A stretch of DNA of 64,000 nt from Candidatus Latescibacterota bacterium. GTDB taxonomy: Bacteria; Latescibacterota; UBA2968; UBA8231. Every line of letters begins with the position of its first letter. The stretch's first letter is position 1. Under the pieces are notes generated by a model, which was given only the letters and a program-made list of their open reading frames with translations, made no database searches and was not told where the DNA came from. The DNA lies in NCBI GenBank assembly GCA_016187725.1, contig JACPJE010000068.1, positions 1,049 to 65,048 on the forward strand. The letters run 5' to 3'. Both the position numbers and the translations under genes were made by a program. Shown one piece after another: positions 8,898 to 19,256 of the stretch.

Positions 8898-9452
8898 CTA
8901 GCGCCGGCCAAATGCCTGCAGCACCTGCGGCACCGGCTGGGCGATAAAGGCGGAACCTAGAAACTTGGACGAAGCGGCGGCCAGTTCGCGGCCCACGGCC
9001 AGGGCCTCCTTGACCGCGCCCACCTCCCCTATGATCAGGGAGCAGACCACCCGGTTGTGGACGGTGAGCACGTTGGCCACCTCCACTTGGGCGGCCTTGA
9101 CCATGCGGTCGTCGGCCAGCACCTGCAGGCCGTAGCCCTGGGTTTCGAGCAGGCCCAGGGCGCCGGAAACGGGTGCTATCTCCTTTTTGACAGGGACGGT
9201 GACGTAGTTGAAGCAGGCGGGTTCGGGCTGGTTGAGGGCGGCGGCACTCACCTTCTTGGATACCTGCCGGGCAGCTTCCTCGCCGCTGCGCAGGGCCGCG
9301 GCCACGGCGCTGATCGAACCAATAAAAAAAACCGTGGTGAACCCACCGATGGAATCCCAGCCCAGCAACTCCACCTCGGCGCTCTTGCAGGCCGCATCCG
9401 CCGCGACGACGATGCCCGCCACCCCTTCGACCTCGACCATGCCGATGGCCAT
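8898..9452 (-). CDS. Divergent two-domain BMC shell protein (BMC-T-like)
   Basis: 'AIGMVEVEG..AADAACKSA' and 'ALGLLETQG..DDRMVKAAQV'. Confidence 0.85.
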   Translation of the reverse strand: MAIGMVEVEGVAGIVVAADAACKSAEVELLGWDSIGGFTTVFFIGSISAVAAALRSGEEAARQVSKKVSAAALNQPEPACFNYVTVPVKKEIAPVSGALGLLETQGYGLQVLADDRMVKAAQVEVANVLTVHNRVVCSLIIGEVGAVKEALAVGRELAAASSKFLGSAFIAQPVPQVLQAFGRR

Positions 9453-9464
9453 GGACGCCCCCGT

Positions 9465-9929
9465 TCAGCGCGGTCCCAGGCGGCTCATCACCTGGGCGGC
9501 GATCTGGCGCACCAACTCCTCGCTCACCCCGGGCAGGACCGCCGCGCTCTTGTGGCGGTTGCAGCCCTGGCAGGCCGGGCCGCACCCGCCCTGGGCCTGG
9601 TGGATGGCGCACTGGCCGCAGGAGGCCGGCTCGACAAAGCCAGATCCGAACTCCTCGGTCTGGCAGCCGCAGGCCCGGTCGGGGTGGTCGCAGCGGCCCT
9701 CCTGCACCAGACTGGAGGGGGTGAGTTCGGGGATGAGGCCGGGAGAGGGCGCTGGTGCGGCTGGCGCGGGCCCGCGTATCACCTTGAGGCGGTGCTGGCG
9801 GATATAGTCCCAGCCCGTGGGGGTGATCACCGATCCGGGGAGCAGGCGCAACTCCTCCTGGCCCTGGTGCTGCTGGCGCAGCAGGGCCTCGGTGATGATC
9901 GGGGCGTCGAGATGGCAGGCCCTGGACAT
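9465..9929 (-). CDS. BMC-associated Cys-rich protein with putative C-terminal encapsulation peptide
   Basis: N-terminal 'IITEALLR...VITPTGWDYIRQH' module, 8-Cys segment, amphipathic 'VSEELVRQIAAQVMSRL'. Confidence 0.7.
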   Translation of the reverse strand: MSRACHLDAPIITEALLRQQHQGQEELRLLPGSVITPTGWDYIRQHRLKVIRGPAPAAPAPSPGLIPELTPSSLVQEGRCDHPDRACGCQTEEFGSGFVEPASCGQCAIHQAQGGCGPACQGCNRHKSAAVLPGVSEELVRQIAAQVMSRLGPR

Positions 9930-9938
9930 GGCGCTGGC

Positions 9939-10202
9939 TCAGTTCAGCTTTTCCCTGAGCACCTCTACCGGGCGGGGGATCACGTGCACGCTGCGCAGTT
10001 CGCCCACCTTCTGGGCGGCCTGGGCCCCGGCGTCCACTGCGGCCTTGACCGCGGCCACGTCGCCTTCGACCATCACCGCCACCAGGCCTGCGCCCACCCG
10101 CTTCTGGCCGGCAAAGCTCACGTCAGCGGTCTTGAGCATGGCGTCGAGGGCCTCCACCACGCAGACCAGGCCTTTGGTTTCGACAATACCCAGTGCTTTC
10201 AT
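9939..10202 (-). CDS. BMC-H shell protein (PduA/EutM-like)
   Basis: 'ALGIVETKG...DAMLK...[13 protein letters not shown]...HVIPRP'. Confidence 0.95.
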   Translation of the reverse strand: MKALGIVETKGLVCVVEALDAMLKTADVSFAGQKRVGAGLVAVMVEGDVAAVKAAVDAGAQAAQKVGELRSVHVIPRPVEVLREKLN

Positions 10203-10217
10203 CAGTTGTCAGTCTCC

Positions 10218-10781
10218 TCAACTCAGGAAGAGGTCGATGGTTTCGTCGCTGGGACGGGGGATGAGGTGGCGCGACACCAGCTCGCCCACCCGTTCGGCGG
10301 ATTCGGCCCCGGCGCTGACCGCGGCGCTCACCGAGCCCACGTCGCCGGTGACCAGCACGGTGATGTAGCCGCCGCCGATCTCGCGGATCTTCACCACCTC
10401 GACGCTGGCCGCCTTGCTCATGGCGTCGCTGGCTTCGATCACCCCGGTGGCGCCCCGGGTCTCGATCATGCCCAGGGCCCGCACACCCTTGGGGGCCTCG
10501 CCCCGGGCAGCGCGCGAGGGCAGGATGGCGCCCAATTCGCCGTGCGGGCGGGGGATCACGTGCACGCTGTGCACCTTGCCCACCTTGGCCGCGGCCTGGG
10601 CCCCGGCGTCCACCGCGGCCTTGACCGCGGCCACGTCCCCCTGGCAGAAGACGGTGACCAGGCCGGCGCCCACCTTGTCCCAGCCCAGCAGGGAGACACT
10701 GGCCGCCTTGCTCATGGCGTCGCCGGCTTCGATCAGGCCAGCCAGCCCCACCGTCTCTACCATTCCTAATGCTTCTGCCAT
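10218..10781 (-). CDS. Tandem BMC shell protein (two canonical BMC-H-like domains)
   Basis: Two 'ALGM(V/I)ET...DAMSKAASV...GDV...H(V/L)IPRP' units. Confidence 0.93.
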   Translation of the reverse strand: MAEALGMVETVGLAGLIEAGDAMSKAASVSLLGWDKVGAGLVTVFCQGDVAAVKAAVDAGAQAAAKVGKVHSVHVIPRPHGELGAILPSRAARGEAPKGVRALGMIETRGATGVIEASDAMSKAASVEVVKIREIGGGYITVLVTGDVGSVSAAVSAGAESAERVGELVSRHLIPRPSDETIDLFLS

Positions 10782-10819
10782 ATTTGTCCTCCTGAAACCT
10801 TAGTGTTGAAGGAGTTGCG

Positions 10820-11482
10820 CTATTTTTCCAGATACACCTTGCGGGCGCGGACCAGGTCCACGGCGTTGCCTTCGTCCGTGTCCAGGTGCACCTCCAGTTT
10901 TTCCTTGCCGCTGACCCGGCAGATCAGCCCCTCCAGTGAGCCTCCCTGCTCGCTTTCGACCACCAGCCGCATCCGGTCGCCGGCTTTGACGCCGTAGTAC
11001 TGGGCTTCGGCGGGGCTCATGTGCACGTGGCGGGCGGCGCGGATCACCCCACAGCGCAGTTCCAGGCCGCCGGAAGGCCCCACCAGGTAGCAGCCGGGAG
11101 TGTCGCGGTGGTCGCCGCTGAGGCGCACCGGCGCGTCTATGCCCAGGAAGCGGGCGTCGGTGAAGGCCAGCTCCACCTGGCAGTACTCGCGCAGGGGGCC
11201 CAGCACCCGCACGTGGGCGATCATCTGCTGGCGCGGACCGAATACCGTGACCGCCTGCTCGGCGGCAAAGGCCCCCTCCTGGTACAGGGGTTTGAGCACC
11301 GTGAGCTGGGCGCCCTTGCCGAAGAGGGTCTCCAGGGCCTCCTGGTTGAGGTGCAGGTGCCTGGCCGAGATGTTGACCACCAGGCGCGGGGCAGCCGGGG
11401 CCGGGGCCACGCCCAACTGGGCCTGGAGGGCCTGGCGCACCAGCGCTTCGATCTGCTGGTGGTCGAGCAATTGGGCGCTCAT
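10820..11482 (-). CDS. pduL: Phosphate propanoyltransferase PduL with N-terminal encapsulation peptide
   Basis: 'ISARHLHL', 'RVLGPLR..QVELA.TD...LGIDAPVRLSG', 'RHVHM', 'HLDTDEGNA'; helix 'QIEALVRQALQ'. Confidence 0.93.
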   Translation of the reverse strand: MSAQLLDHQQIEALVRQALQAQLGVAPAPAAPRLVVNISARHLHLNQEALETLFGKGAQLTVLKPLYQEGAFAAEQAVTVFGPRQQMIAHVRVLGPLREYCQVELAFTDARFLGIDAPVRLSGDHRDTPGCYLVGPSGGLELRCGVIRAARHVHMSPAEAQYYGVKAGDRMRLVVESEQGGSLEGLICRVSGKEKLEVHLDTDEGNAVDLVRARKVYLEK

Positions 11483-11754
11483 CGCGCCTCCCTGTCGAGG
11501 TGTACGTGCTCAGCCCTGGCCAGGATCACCGCGTCCACGGCCAGGGGCGGGTCAAAGGCATTGACGGCCTCGCGGGCCACTTCCACCACCACCAGGTCGC
11601 CCTCGCGCATGGCCTGCCAGGTGGCGCTCACCTCCGGGTCGCCAATGGGCTGCAGGTCTTCGCCGAGATCCTCGATCAGGTGCAGGGCCTTGCCCGTGTA
11701 CGGGGCAATGGCCTTGGAGAGGACCACGGTGCCGATGACCCGCGACAGTTTCAT
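11479..11754 (-). CDS. BMC vertex protein (EutN/CcmL family), divergent
   Basis: 'MKLSRVIGTVVLSK...GDLVVV...VDAVILA'. Confidence 0.8.
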   Translation of the reverse strand: MKLSRVIGTVVLSKAIAPYTGKALHLIEDLGEDLQPIGDPEVSATWQAMREGDLVVVEVAREAVNAFDPPLAVDAVILARAEHVHLDREAR

Positions 11755-11758
11755 CCGC

Positions 11759-12055
11759 TCATCTCACCGGCAAATCGCGGCCAAAGGCCTGCAGGTTGTC
11801 GATGATGCCCACGATCACCGCGTCGGTGGGCACGTCGCCCATCTGCGGGGCGAAACGCGCCGAGCTGCCCATCACCACCAGCACCAGCTCGCCCTCGCCG
11901 GCGCCCACCGCGTCGATGCAGACCAGGTGGCGGCCGGTGGGCTCCAGGCCCTGCTCGCGCACGGTGATGATCTCCACCAGCAGGAGTTTCTTGCCGACCA
12001 GGTTCTGCAGCTTGGCCGTGGCGACCACGTGGCCCTTGACCCGCGACAGTACCAT
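11759..12055 (-). CDS. eutN: BMC vertex protein (EutN/CcmL family)
   Basis: 'VKGHVVATAK..L.GKKLLLV...DAVGAGEGELVLVVMGSSAR...PTDAVIVGIID'. Confidence 0.93.
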   Translation of the reverse strand: MVLSRVKGHVVATAKLQNLVGKKLLLVEIITVREQGLEPTGRHLVCIDAVGAGEGELVLVVMGSSARFAPQMGDVPTDAVIVGIIDNLQAFGRDLPVR

Positions 12056-12071
12056 GCGCCTCTAAAATCCT

Positions 12072-12098
12072 GTAAGGGCGGGTTTGCAACCCGCCCTT
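12072..12098. repeat. REP-like palindrome
   Basis: GT-AAGGGCGGGTT-TGC-AACCCGCCCTT, intergenic, single copy in the window. Confidence 0.5.
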
Positions 12099-12125
12099 GT
12101 CTGTAGTCCGTGTTCTGAGATCATC

Positions 12126-13559
12126 TCAGGTGATGCGGAAATAATCCACCAAACTGCAGCGGCGCTGGCGGGTGAAGGTGCGGGCCGAGGTCAACCCCTC
12201 TCCGGTGGGGCCGGCGATGGAGAAGGTACAGAACCCCTCCCCGCCGATGCCCACCCCGCCGTAGGAAGGCCCGTTCTTGACGAAGATCGTGGTGTCCACG
12301 GCCCTGGCCATGTTGTGCATGTTCTCGATGTTGCGCGAGTGGATGATTGCCGTGTGCCGGTACCCGTGTTCGGACTCGATGGCCAGGCGGATGGCCTGCT
12401 CGACGTTGGGCACCCGGACGATGGGCAGGAAGGGCATCATCTGCTCTTCGTGGACGAAGGCGTGGCTGGCGTCGGTCTCGCCGATGAGCATCAGCACCTG
12501 CTCGTCGAGGTGGATGCCCACCCGCTGGGCCAGCACCGAGGCGTTGCGGCCTACCAGCTCGCGGTTGACCACCAGTTCGCCCTTGGGACTTTTGACAAAG
12601 GCGTGTTTGGCCAACTCCTCGATCTGGGCGGGGGTGAGTTCGTAGCCGCTGTGGCGCACCAGGCGCGCCTTGAGTTCGTCGGCCACCGACTCGATCACAA
12701 AGACCTGCTTCTCGCCGATGCACAGGATGTTGTTGTCGAAAGCAGCCCCGGCGATGATGTCGCGGGCGGCCCGGTCGATGTCCGCGGTCTCGTCCACCAC
12801 CACCGGCGGGTTGCCCGGCCCGGCGACGATGGCCTTCTTGGGACTGGCCATGGCGGCCTTGGCCACCCCAGGGCCCCCGGTCACCAAAAGCACCCGGATG
12901 CCCGGATGGGTGAAGAGCTGCTGGGCGCTTTCGATGGTGGGGGTCTCGATGGCGGTGATCAGATCGGCCGGCCCGCCCACCCGGGTGATGGCTTCGTTGA
13001 GCAGGCGCACCGCCCAGGCCGAGACCTTCTTGGCCGCCGGGTGCACGTTGAAGACCACCGAGTTGCCCGCGGCGATGATGCTGATGGCGTTGTTCACCAG
13101 GGTGGGCACTGGGTGGGTGGAGGGAGTCACCGCGCCGATCACCCCGTAGGGGGCCATCTCCACCACGGTCAGGCCGTGGTCACCGGTCCAGGAGATGGCC
13201 TCCAGGTCCTCGACGCCCGGGGTCAGGTCAGCGGCGGCGTAGTGCTTGCGGATCTTGTGGTCCACCCGCCCCATGCCGGTCTCCTCCACGGTCATGCGGG
13301 AGGATTCCTCGGCCTTGCTGCGGATGGCCTGGCGGATGGCCTCGATGATCTTGCGGCGCTCCTCCAGGGTGCCCCCCACCAGGGCCCGCTGGGCGGCGGC
13401 GGCGGCGGCCACGGCCTCGTCCACGGTCTGGAAGACCCCGCCCGCCCCGCTCCTGCCCTCGCTGAAGCTGAGGGTGTTGCCGGCCACCACCCGGCCCACC
13501 ACCTCCTGGACGATGCGGCGGATCTGCTCTTCGCTGACGTTGTGTGCCACCCCGTTCAC
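12126..13559 (-). CDS. eutE: CoA-acylating aldehyde dehydrogenase (EutE/PduP family) with encapsulation peptide
   Basis: 'PYGVIGAVTPSTHP', 'TGGPGV', 'GPGNPPVVVDETAD', 'FDNNILCIGEK', 'GPTGEGLTSARTFTRQRRC'; N-terminal 'SEEQIRRIVQEVV'. Confidence 0.93.
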   Translation of the reverse strand: MNGVAHNVSEEQIRRIVQEVVGRVVAGNTLSFSEGRSGAGGVFQTVDEAVAAAAAAQRALVGGTLEERRKIIEAIRQAIRSKAEESSRMTVEETGMGRVDHKIRKHYAAADLTPGVEDLEAISWTGDHGLTVVEMAPYGVIGAVTPSTHPVPTLVNNAISIIAAGNSVVFNVHPAAKKVSAWAVRLLNEAITRVGGPADLITAIETPTIESAQQLFTHPGIRVLLVTGGPGVAKAAMASPKKAIVAGPGNPPVVVDETADIDRAARDIIAGAAFDNNILCIGEKQVFVIESVADELKARLVRHSGYELTPAQIEELAKHAFVKSPKGELVVNRELVGRNASVLAQRVGIHLDEQVLMLIGETDASHAFVHEEQMMPFLPIVRVPNVEQAIRLAIESEHGYRHTAIIHSRNIENMHNMARAVDTTIFVKNGPSYGGVGIGGEGFCTFSIAGPTGEGLTSARTFTRQRRCSLVDYFRIT

Positions 13560-13679
13560 CTCGTGTTAGGCCTCGCGCCGGATTGGTGTACCAACTTGCC
13601 TGCTCTGGCGAGACGCTAAGGCCGGTCTGAATTGCGATTTCTTCACTCGCGGGCCCAATGGGCGCTATTTCTTTGGGCG

Positions 13680-13958
13680 CTATTTCTTATTGATGGGAAG
13701 GATGCTTTCGAGACTGGGGTGCGGCCGGGGGATGACGTGGACCGCCAGCACCTCCCCCACCCGGCGGGCAGCGACCTGGCCGGCCTCGGTGGCGGTCCGC
13801 ACCGAGGCCACGTCGCCGCGCACCAGCGCGGTGACCAGGCCCCCGCCGATCTGCTGCCAGCCCACCACCGCCACGTCGGCGGCCTTGACCATGGCGTCCA
13901 TGGCCTCGATGAGAGCCACCAGCCCGCGGGTTTCGATCATGCCCAGTGCGTCGCCCAT
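13680..13958 (-). CDS. BMC-H shell protein
   Basis: '[29 protein letters not shown]...HVIPRPH', the C-terminal part of the listed 344 aa ORF; ATG at 13958. Confidence 0.93.
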   Translation of the reverse strand: MGDALGMIETRGLVALIEAMDAMVKAADVAVVGWQQIGGGLVTALVRGDVASVRTATEAGQVAARRVGEVLAVHVIPRPHPSLESILPINKK

Positions 13959-14090
13959 GCTGCCCTGTTTTTGATTTGAGAAAATAGGGGGGGGTACAGG
14001 CAAAGTCAAGACGCCCTCCCGCCTTGACATCCCTTGGCGCCGCACCCTATTTTCGCCTGCACTTTGACCCCGACACTGAGGAGAATAGCG

Positions 14091-14894
14091 ATGCGCATCA
14101 TCCGCTTTATCGACGAGCAGGGCCAGACCCGCCTGGGCGAGGAAAGCGGCCCGGGCCAGGCCGCGGTGCTCAAGGGGGATTTGTTCGGCAGACTGGAGCG
14201 CAGCGGCCAGAGCGCCGCAGTCAAAAAGCTGCTGGCCCCGGTGACCCCTCCCAATATCCTGTGCATCGGCCTGAACTACCGCGAGCACGCCGCCGAGTCG
14301 GGGGCCAAGATCCCCGATTACCCGGTGCTCTTCATGAAGCCCAACACCGCCCTCAACAACCCCGGGGACCCCATCCGCCTGCCGGCCTGCCAGGTCGATG
14401 CGGAGGTGGATTACGAGTGCGAATTGGCCGTGGTCATCGGCAGGACCTGCCGCGACGTGCCCGAAGCCAAGGCCCTGGAGTACGTGCTGGGCTACACCGC
14501 GGCCAATGACGTGTCGGCGCGCACCTGGCAGATCAAGCGGGGCGGCGGCCAGTTCGTGCGCGGCAAGGGCTTCGACACCTTCTGCCCCCTGGGGCCGGCC
14601 CTGGTCACCGCCGACGAGATCCCCGATCCCCAGGCCCTGCGGCTCAAGACCCTCCTCAACGGCAAGGTGATGCAGGACCACACCACCGCGGACATGATCT
14701 TCCCGGTGGCGCACCTGGTCAGCTTCCTCAGCCAGGACACCACCCTGCAGCCGGGCACGGTGATCCTCACCGGCACCCCCCAGGGCGTGGGCTTCGCCCG
14801 CAAGCCCCCCGTCTGGCTGCAGCCCGGCGACGAGGTGGTCATCGAGGTGGAGAAGATAGGAAGGTTGGTGAACCTGGTGGGGGCTAGTCGATAA
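14091..14894 (+). CDS. Fumarylacetoacetate hydrolase (FAH) family protein
   Basis: '[10 protein letters not shown]', '[11 protein letters not shown]', 'NDVSAR', '[12 protein letters not shown]', 'TGTPQGVG'; GAGGAG RBS. Confidence 0.92.
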   Translation: MRIIRFIDEQGQTRLGEESGPGQAAVLKGDLFGRLERSGQSAAVKKLLAPVTPPNILCIGLNYREHAAESGAKIPDYPVLFMKPNTALNNPGDPIRLPACQVDAEVDYECELAVVIGRTCRDVPEAKALEYVLGYTAANDVSARTWQIKRGGGQFVRGKGFDTFCPLGPALVTADEIPDPQALRLKTLLNGKVMQDHTTADMIFPVAHLVSFLSQDTTLQPGTVILTGTPQGVGFARKPPVWLQPGDEVVIEVEKIGRLVNLVGASR

Positions 14895-15138
14895 TCCCCA
14901 CGATCACGCTGCGCACCGCCGGGGCCTTGACCCCGGTCACTTGGCCCCCGGCGATGCCCGACTCGCTGACCACCACCTGGCTGCCGATGCCGGCGCCCAC
15001 CCCGTCGATGGCCAGCTGCATGGGCACCGTGGGATCATTCACACCCTCCAGGCCGGAGACCACCAGGATCTTCCGGCCTTCGAGGATGGGGTGCTTGACC
15101 GTGGTCACCACATGCCCGATGACCTTGCACATTCTCAT
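14884..15138 (-). CDS. BMC vertex protein (EutN/CcmL family)
   Basis: '[23 protein letters not shown]...[13 protein letters not shown]...IVGIID'. Confidence 0.88.
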   Translation of the reverse strand: MRMCKVIGHVVTTVKHPILEGRKILVVSGLEGVNDPTVPMQLAIDGVGAGIGSQVVVSESGIAGGQVTGVKAPAVRSVIVGIID

Positions 15139-15170
15139 AAATTGACCCCTATTGCGCGAGGAATGACCCG

Positions 15171-15905
15171 ATGACTGCCGCTGAACTGGATGCCCGGCTC
15201 GACCAACTGGAAAAGGATGGTTTTCTGCTCATCCCCCAGGCCCTTTCCCCCGCCGAGACCAAAGAGGTTCGCCAGCGGGTGAACCGCGCCCGGGAACAGG
15301 GCTGGCAGGAAGGGCTCAACGAGGTGGGCAATATGTGGTTCGACCGCCTGCTGGTGCAGGACCCCGAGACCTTCCGCCCCCTGGTCGCCCATCCCGGCGT
15401 CCGCCCTTACCTGGACGCCCTGCTGGGGCCCCAACTCCAGCTGCGCAGCTTCCGCGCCCACATCAATCCCGGCCCCTATCTGCAAGAGTGGCACATGGAT
15501 TTTTACGGGTATTGGCAGCAGCCCAAACGGCGCTTCAGCGTGCGCGGAGTGGCGGTCAACACCACCTTCTATCTACAAGATAACGGCCCCAAAGACGGGC
15601 ACCTGAAATTCGTCAAGGGCGGCCACTTGTCCGAGCCGCCGGGCCTGGACCGGTCCAAGTTCCACGGGTACCACAGCAACGAGTTCAGGGACTGGTGCGA
15701 AGCCCAGGAGCACGTGGTGGTGCACCCCATGGCCGGGGACTGCGTGCTCTTCTTCAGCCACATCCCCCACCAGGGGGCCAAGCTGCGCGAGGACATGGAG
15801 CGCAGCAACGTGGTCTGCCACTTTCAGGGCAACCCCTTCTACGAGGGCATCTGGTTCGTGTCGCGCCCCATCGGGTACGAGGGGACCTTCCCGCTGGCCA
15901 GCTGA
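15171..15905 (+). CDS. PhyH family Fe(II)/2OG oxygenase
   Basis: 'LEKDGFLLIPQALS', WHMD, 'AGDCVLFFSHIPHQG'. Confidence 0.82.
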   Translation: MTAAELDARLDQLEKDGFLLIPQALSPAETKEVRQRVNRAREQGWQEGLNEVGNMWFDRLLVQDPETFRPLVAHPGVRPYLDALLGPQLQLRSFRAHINPGPYLQEWHMDFYGYWQQPKRRFSVRGVAVNTTFYLQDNGPKDGHLKFVKGGHLSEPPGLDRSKFHGYHSNEFRDWCEAQEHVVVHPMAGDCVLFFSHIPHQGAKLREDMERSNVVCHFQGNPFYEGIWFVSRPIGYEGTFPLAS

Positions 15906-15907
15906 AA

Positions 15908-16054
15908 GCGGCGGGAAGATGACCCCGAATGCCTTTCCCGGGGAGTGGCCGGGAGGGGAAGTCCGCGTGGCGGGGGGCCGGGTAGCGGAGCGATGAGCGA
16001 GCGAGGGTGAAGGACGCGCCTTGGGAAAGGCTGAAGTGGGTCACTTTCCGACGC
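15908..16054 (+). repeat. Structured intergenic repeat, copy 2
   Basis: Homologous to 5229-5467; lies between convergent genes. Confidence 0.8.
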
Positions 16055-16067
16055 ACCGATGTACTTC

Positions 16068-17321
16068 TCACTCCACCAGACTCAACTGCTCCAACCCAGC
16101 CCTGATCTCGCCCTCCCCATATCCGTAAAATCCCGCCAGTTTCTCCACCACCTGGTTCATCAGCACGTCCGGGCAGGAGGCGCCAGAGGTCACGGCGATG
16201 CGCGAGGGCAGCTTTTCGGGCAGCCAGTCCTCGCTGAAGACGCGCTCCTTGCGGTGGATGTCGAAGTGGGCCAGCCTTTGGAAGGAGAGCAATTCGCCGC
16301 TGTTCTCGATGAGGTAGCTGGGCATCTGCTGGGAGCAGATCTCCACCAGGTGGGAGGTGTTGGAGCTGTTGTATCCCCCCACGATCAGCGCCAGATCCGG
16401 CCGGGCCTCCAAGAGGGCTTTGGTGGCGTTCTGATTCCAGTTGGTGGCGTAGCAGAGGGTGTCGTTGGTGTCGGCGAAGTGGTGTTCGAGCCGCTCCTCG
16501 CCGTAGCGCTGGCGCATGGCCTGGTGCAGGATGCCGGCCACCTCCTGGGTCTCCTCGGCCAGCATGGTGGTCTGATTGACCACCGCCACCCGCTCCAGGT
16601 CCCGGCGCGGGTCGAAGCCGGCCGACCACTTCTGGGCGAACTGCGCCGAGAACTCCTCCAGGTTCTGTTCCCCCAGGATGAAAGCGGCCAGGGCCAGGGC
16701 CTCTTCCCGGTCGCGCACCACCAGGGTGCGGGTGTGCTGCCGGGTGTGGGAGTGGGTGGCCTGGGTCTCCTCGTGGCCGAACTTGCCGTGGATGATGATG
16801 GTGTAGCCCTCCCGCCCCAGCTGCTCGCCCCGGTCCCAGACCTTGGAGACAAAGGGACAGGTGGTGTCGTAGTGCTCGCGGAAGTGGGCGGCGCGGGTGT
16901 CGATGCCGCTGCGCTGGAGGGACTCCTCGATTTCCAGGGTGGTGCCAAAGGCCGGGATCAGCACCACATCCTCTCCCCCCACCTGACCGTCCCCGATCTG
17001 GCGCTGCCCCTCCTCGTCGAAGAGAAAGCGGATGCCCCGCTCCTGCAAGTCGCGGTTGACCAGGGGGTTGTGGATGATCTGGCTGACCAGGTGGATGCGG
17101 CGGTCGGGGTGTTCTTCGAGGGCGGAGAAGGCCATGTGGATGGCCCGCTCCACCCCGAAGCAGAAGCCGAAATGGCGGGGGATGAGGATCTCCAGCCGGC
17201 CGATGGGCAGGCGGGTGGGCGCCAGGGAGCGCTTGCCCTCTTCCAGGCGGAAATCCTTGATGCGCTGGATGAGGGCGCCGGCGTAGTGGTTGGGGACGCG
17301 GTCGAACTGCGTAAAGGCCAT
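16068..17321 (-). CDS. ispH: 4-hydroxy-3-methylbut-2-enyl diphosphate reductase
   Basis: 'FGFCFGVERA', 'IIHNP', 'TTCPFV', 'DTLCYAT', 'GGYNSSNT'. Confidence 0.95.
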   Translation of the reverse strand: MAFTQFDRVPNHYAGALIQRIKDFRLEEGKRSLAPTRLPIGRLEILIPRHFGFCFGVERAIHMAFSALEEHPDRRIHLVSQIIHNPLVNRDLQERGIRFLFDEEGQRQIGDGQVGGEDVVLIPAFGTTLEIEESLQRSGIDTRAAHFREHYDTTCPFVSKVWDRGEQLGREGYTIIIHGKFGHEETQATHSHTRQHTRTLVVRDREEALALAAFILGEQNLEEFSAQFAQKWSAGFDPRRDLERVAVVNQTTMLAEETQEVAGILHQAMRQRYGEERLEHHFADTNDTLCYATNWNQNATKALLEARPDLALIVGGYNSSNTSHLVEICSQQMPSYLIENSGELLSFQRLAHFDIHRKERVFSEDWLPEKLPSRIAVTSGASCPDVLMNQVVEKLAGFYGYGEGEIRAGLEQLSLVE

Positions 17322-17419
17322 GCCACGAATCTAAGGCCACCGGACCCTCTGTCAATGCGCCTGGTTGACGTCTTGGAAGAGTATGCCCATCTTTGCGGGA
17401 CAAGGGTGTCACACAATCT

Positions 17420-19021
<1,602 letters not shown>

Positions 19022-19171
19022 CCTGGCTGTCGGCGAATGAGACATCATTGTCCCATCAAGACCTTTCTATTGAGATATCCCCGCCCCAATTGCTGGCCTA
19101 GTTGCCCCTCTCCTGGTCAAATTTGTCGACGTTGCGGGGCTCCTCCCTGTCTGCCGCGCTTTTCTGGCTCC

Positions 19172-19186
19172 CGGCATAGAGATTGC
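19172..19186 (+). promoter_or_regulatory. sigma54 -24/-12 promoter
   Basis: CGGCATA-GAGA-TTGC upstream of the kinase at 19257. Confidence 0.55.
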
Positions 19187-19256
19187 TTTTCTGAGTTTCT
19201 GGACTGTCTATTGCCAGGTCTTCATTCCGTGTCCGGAAAAACTCAGGAAAAAAGCC

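Noticed and set aside
8890-9612. Long N-terminal extension of the 621-aa ORF
   Set aside because: It overlaps two better-supported genes in other frames and is low-complexity Arg/Gly/Pro. The real start is taken as the ATG at 8889.
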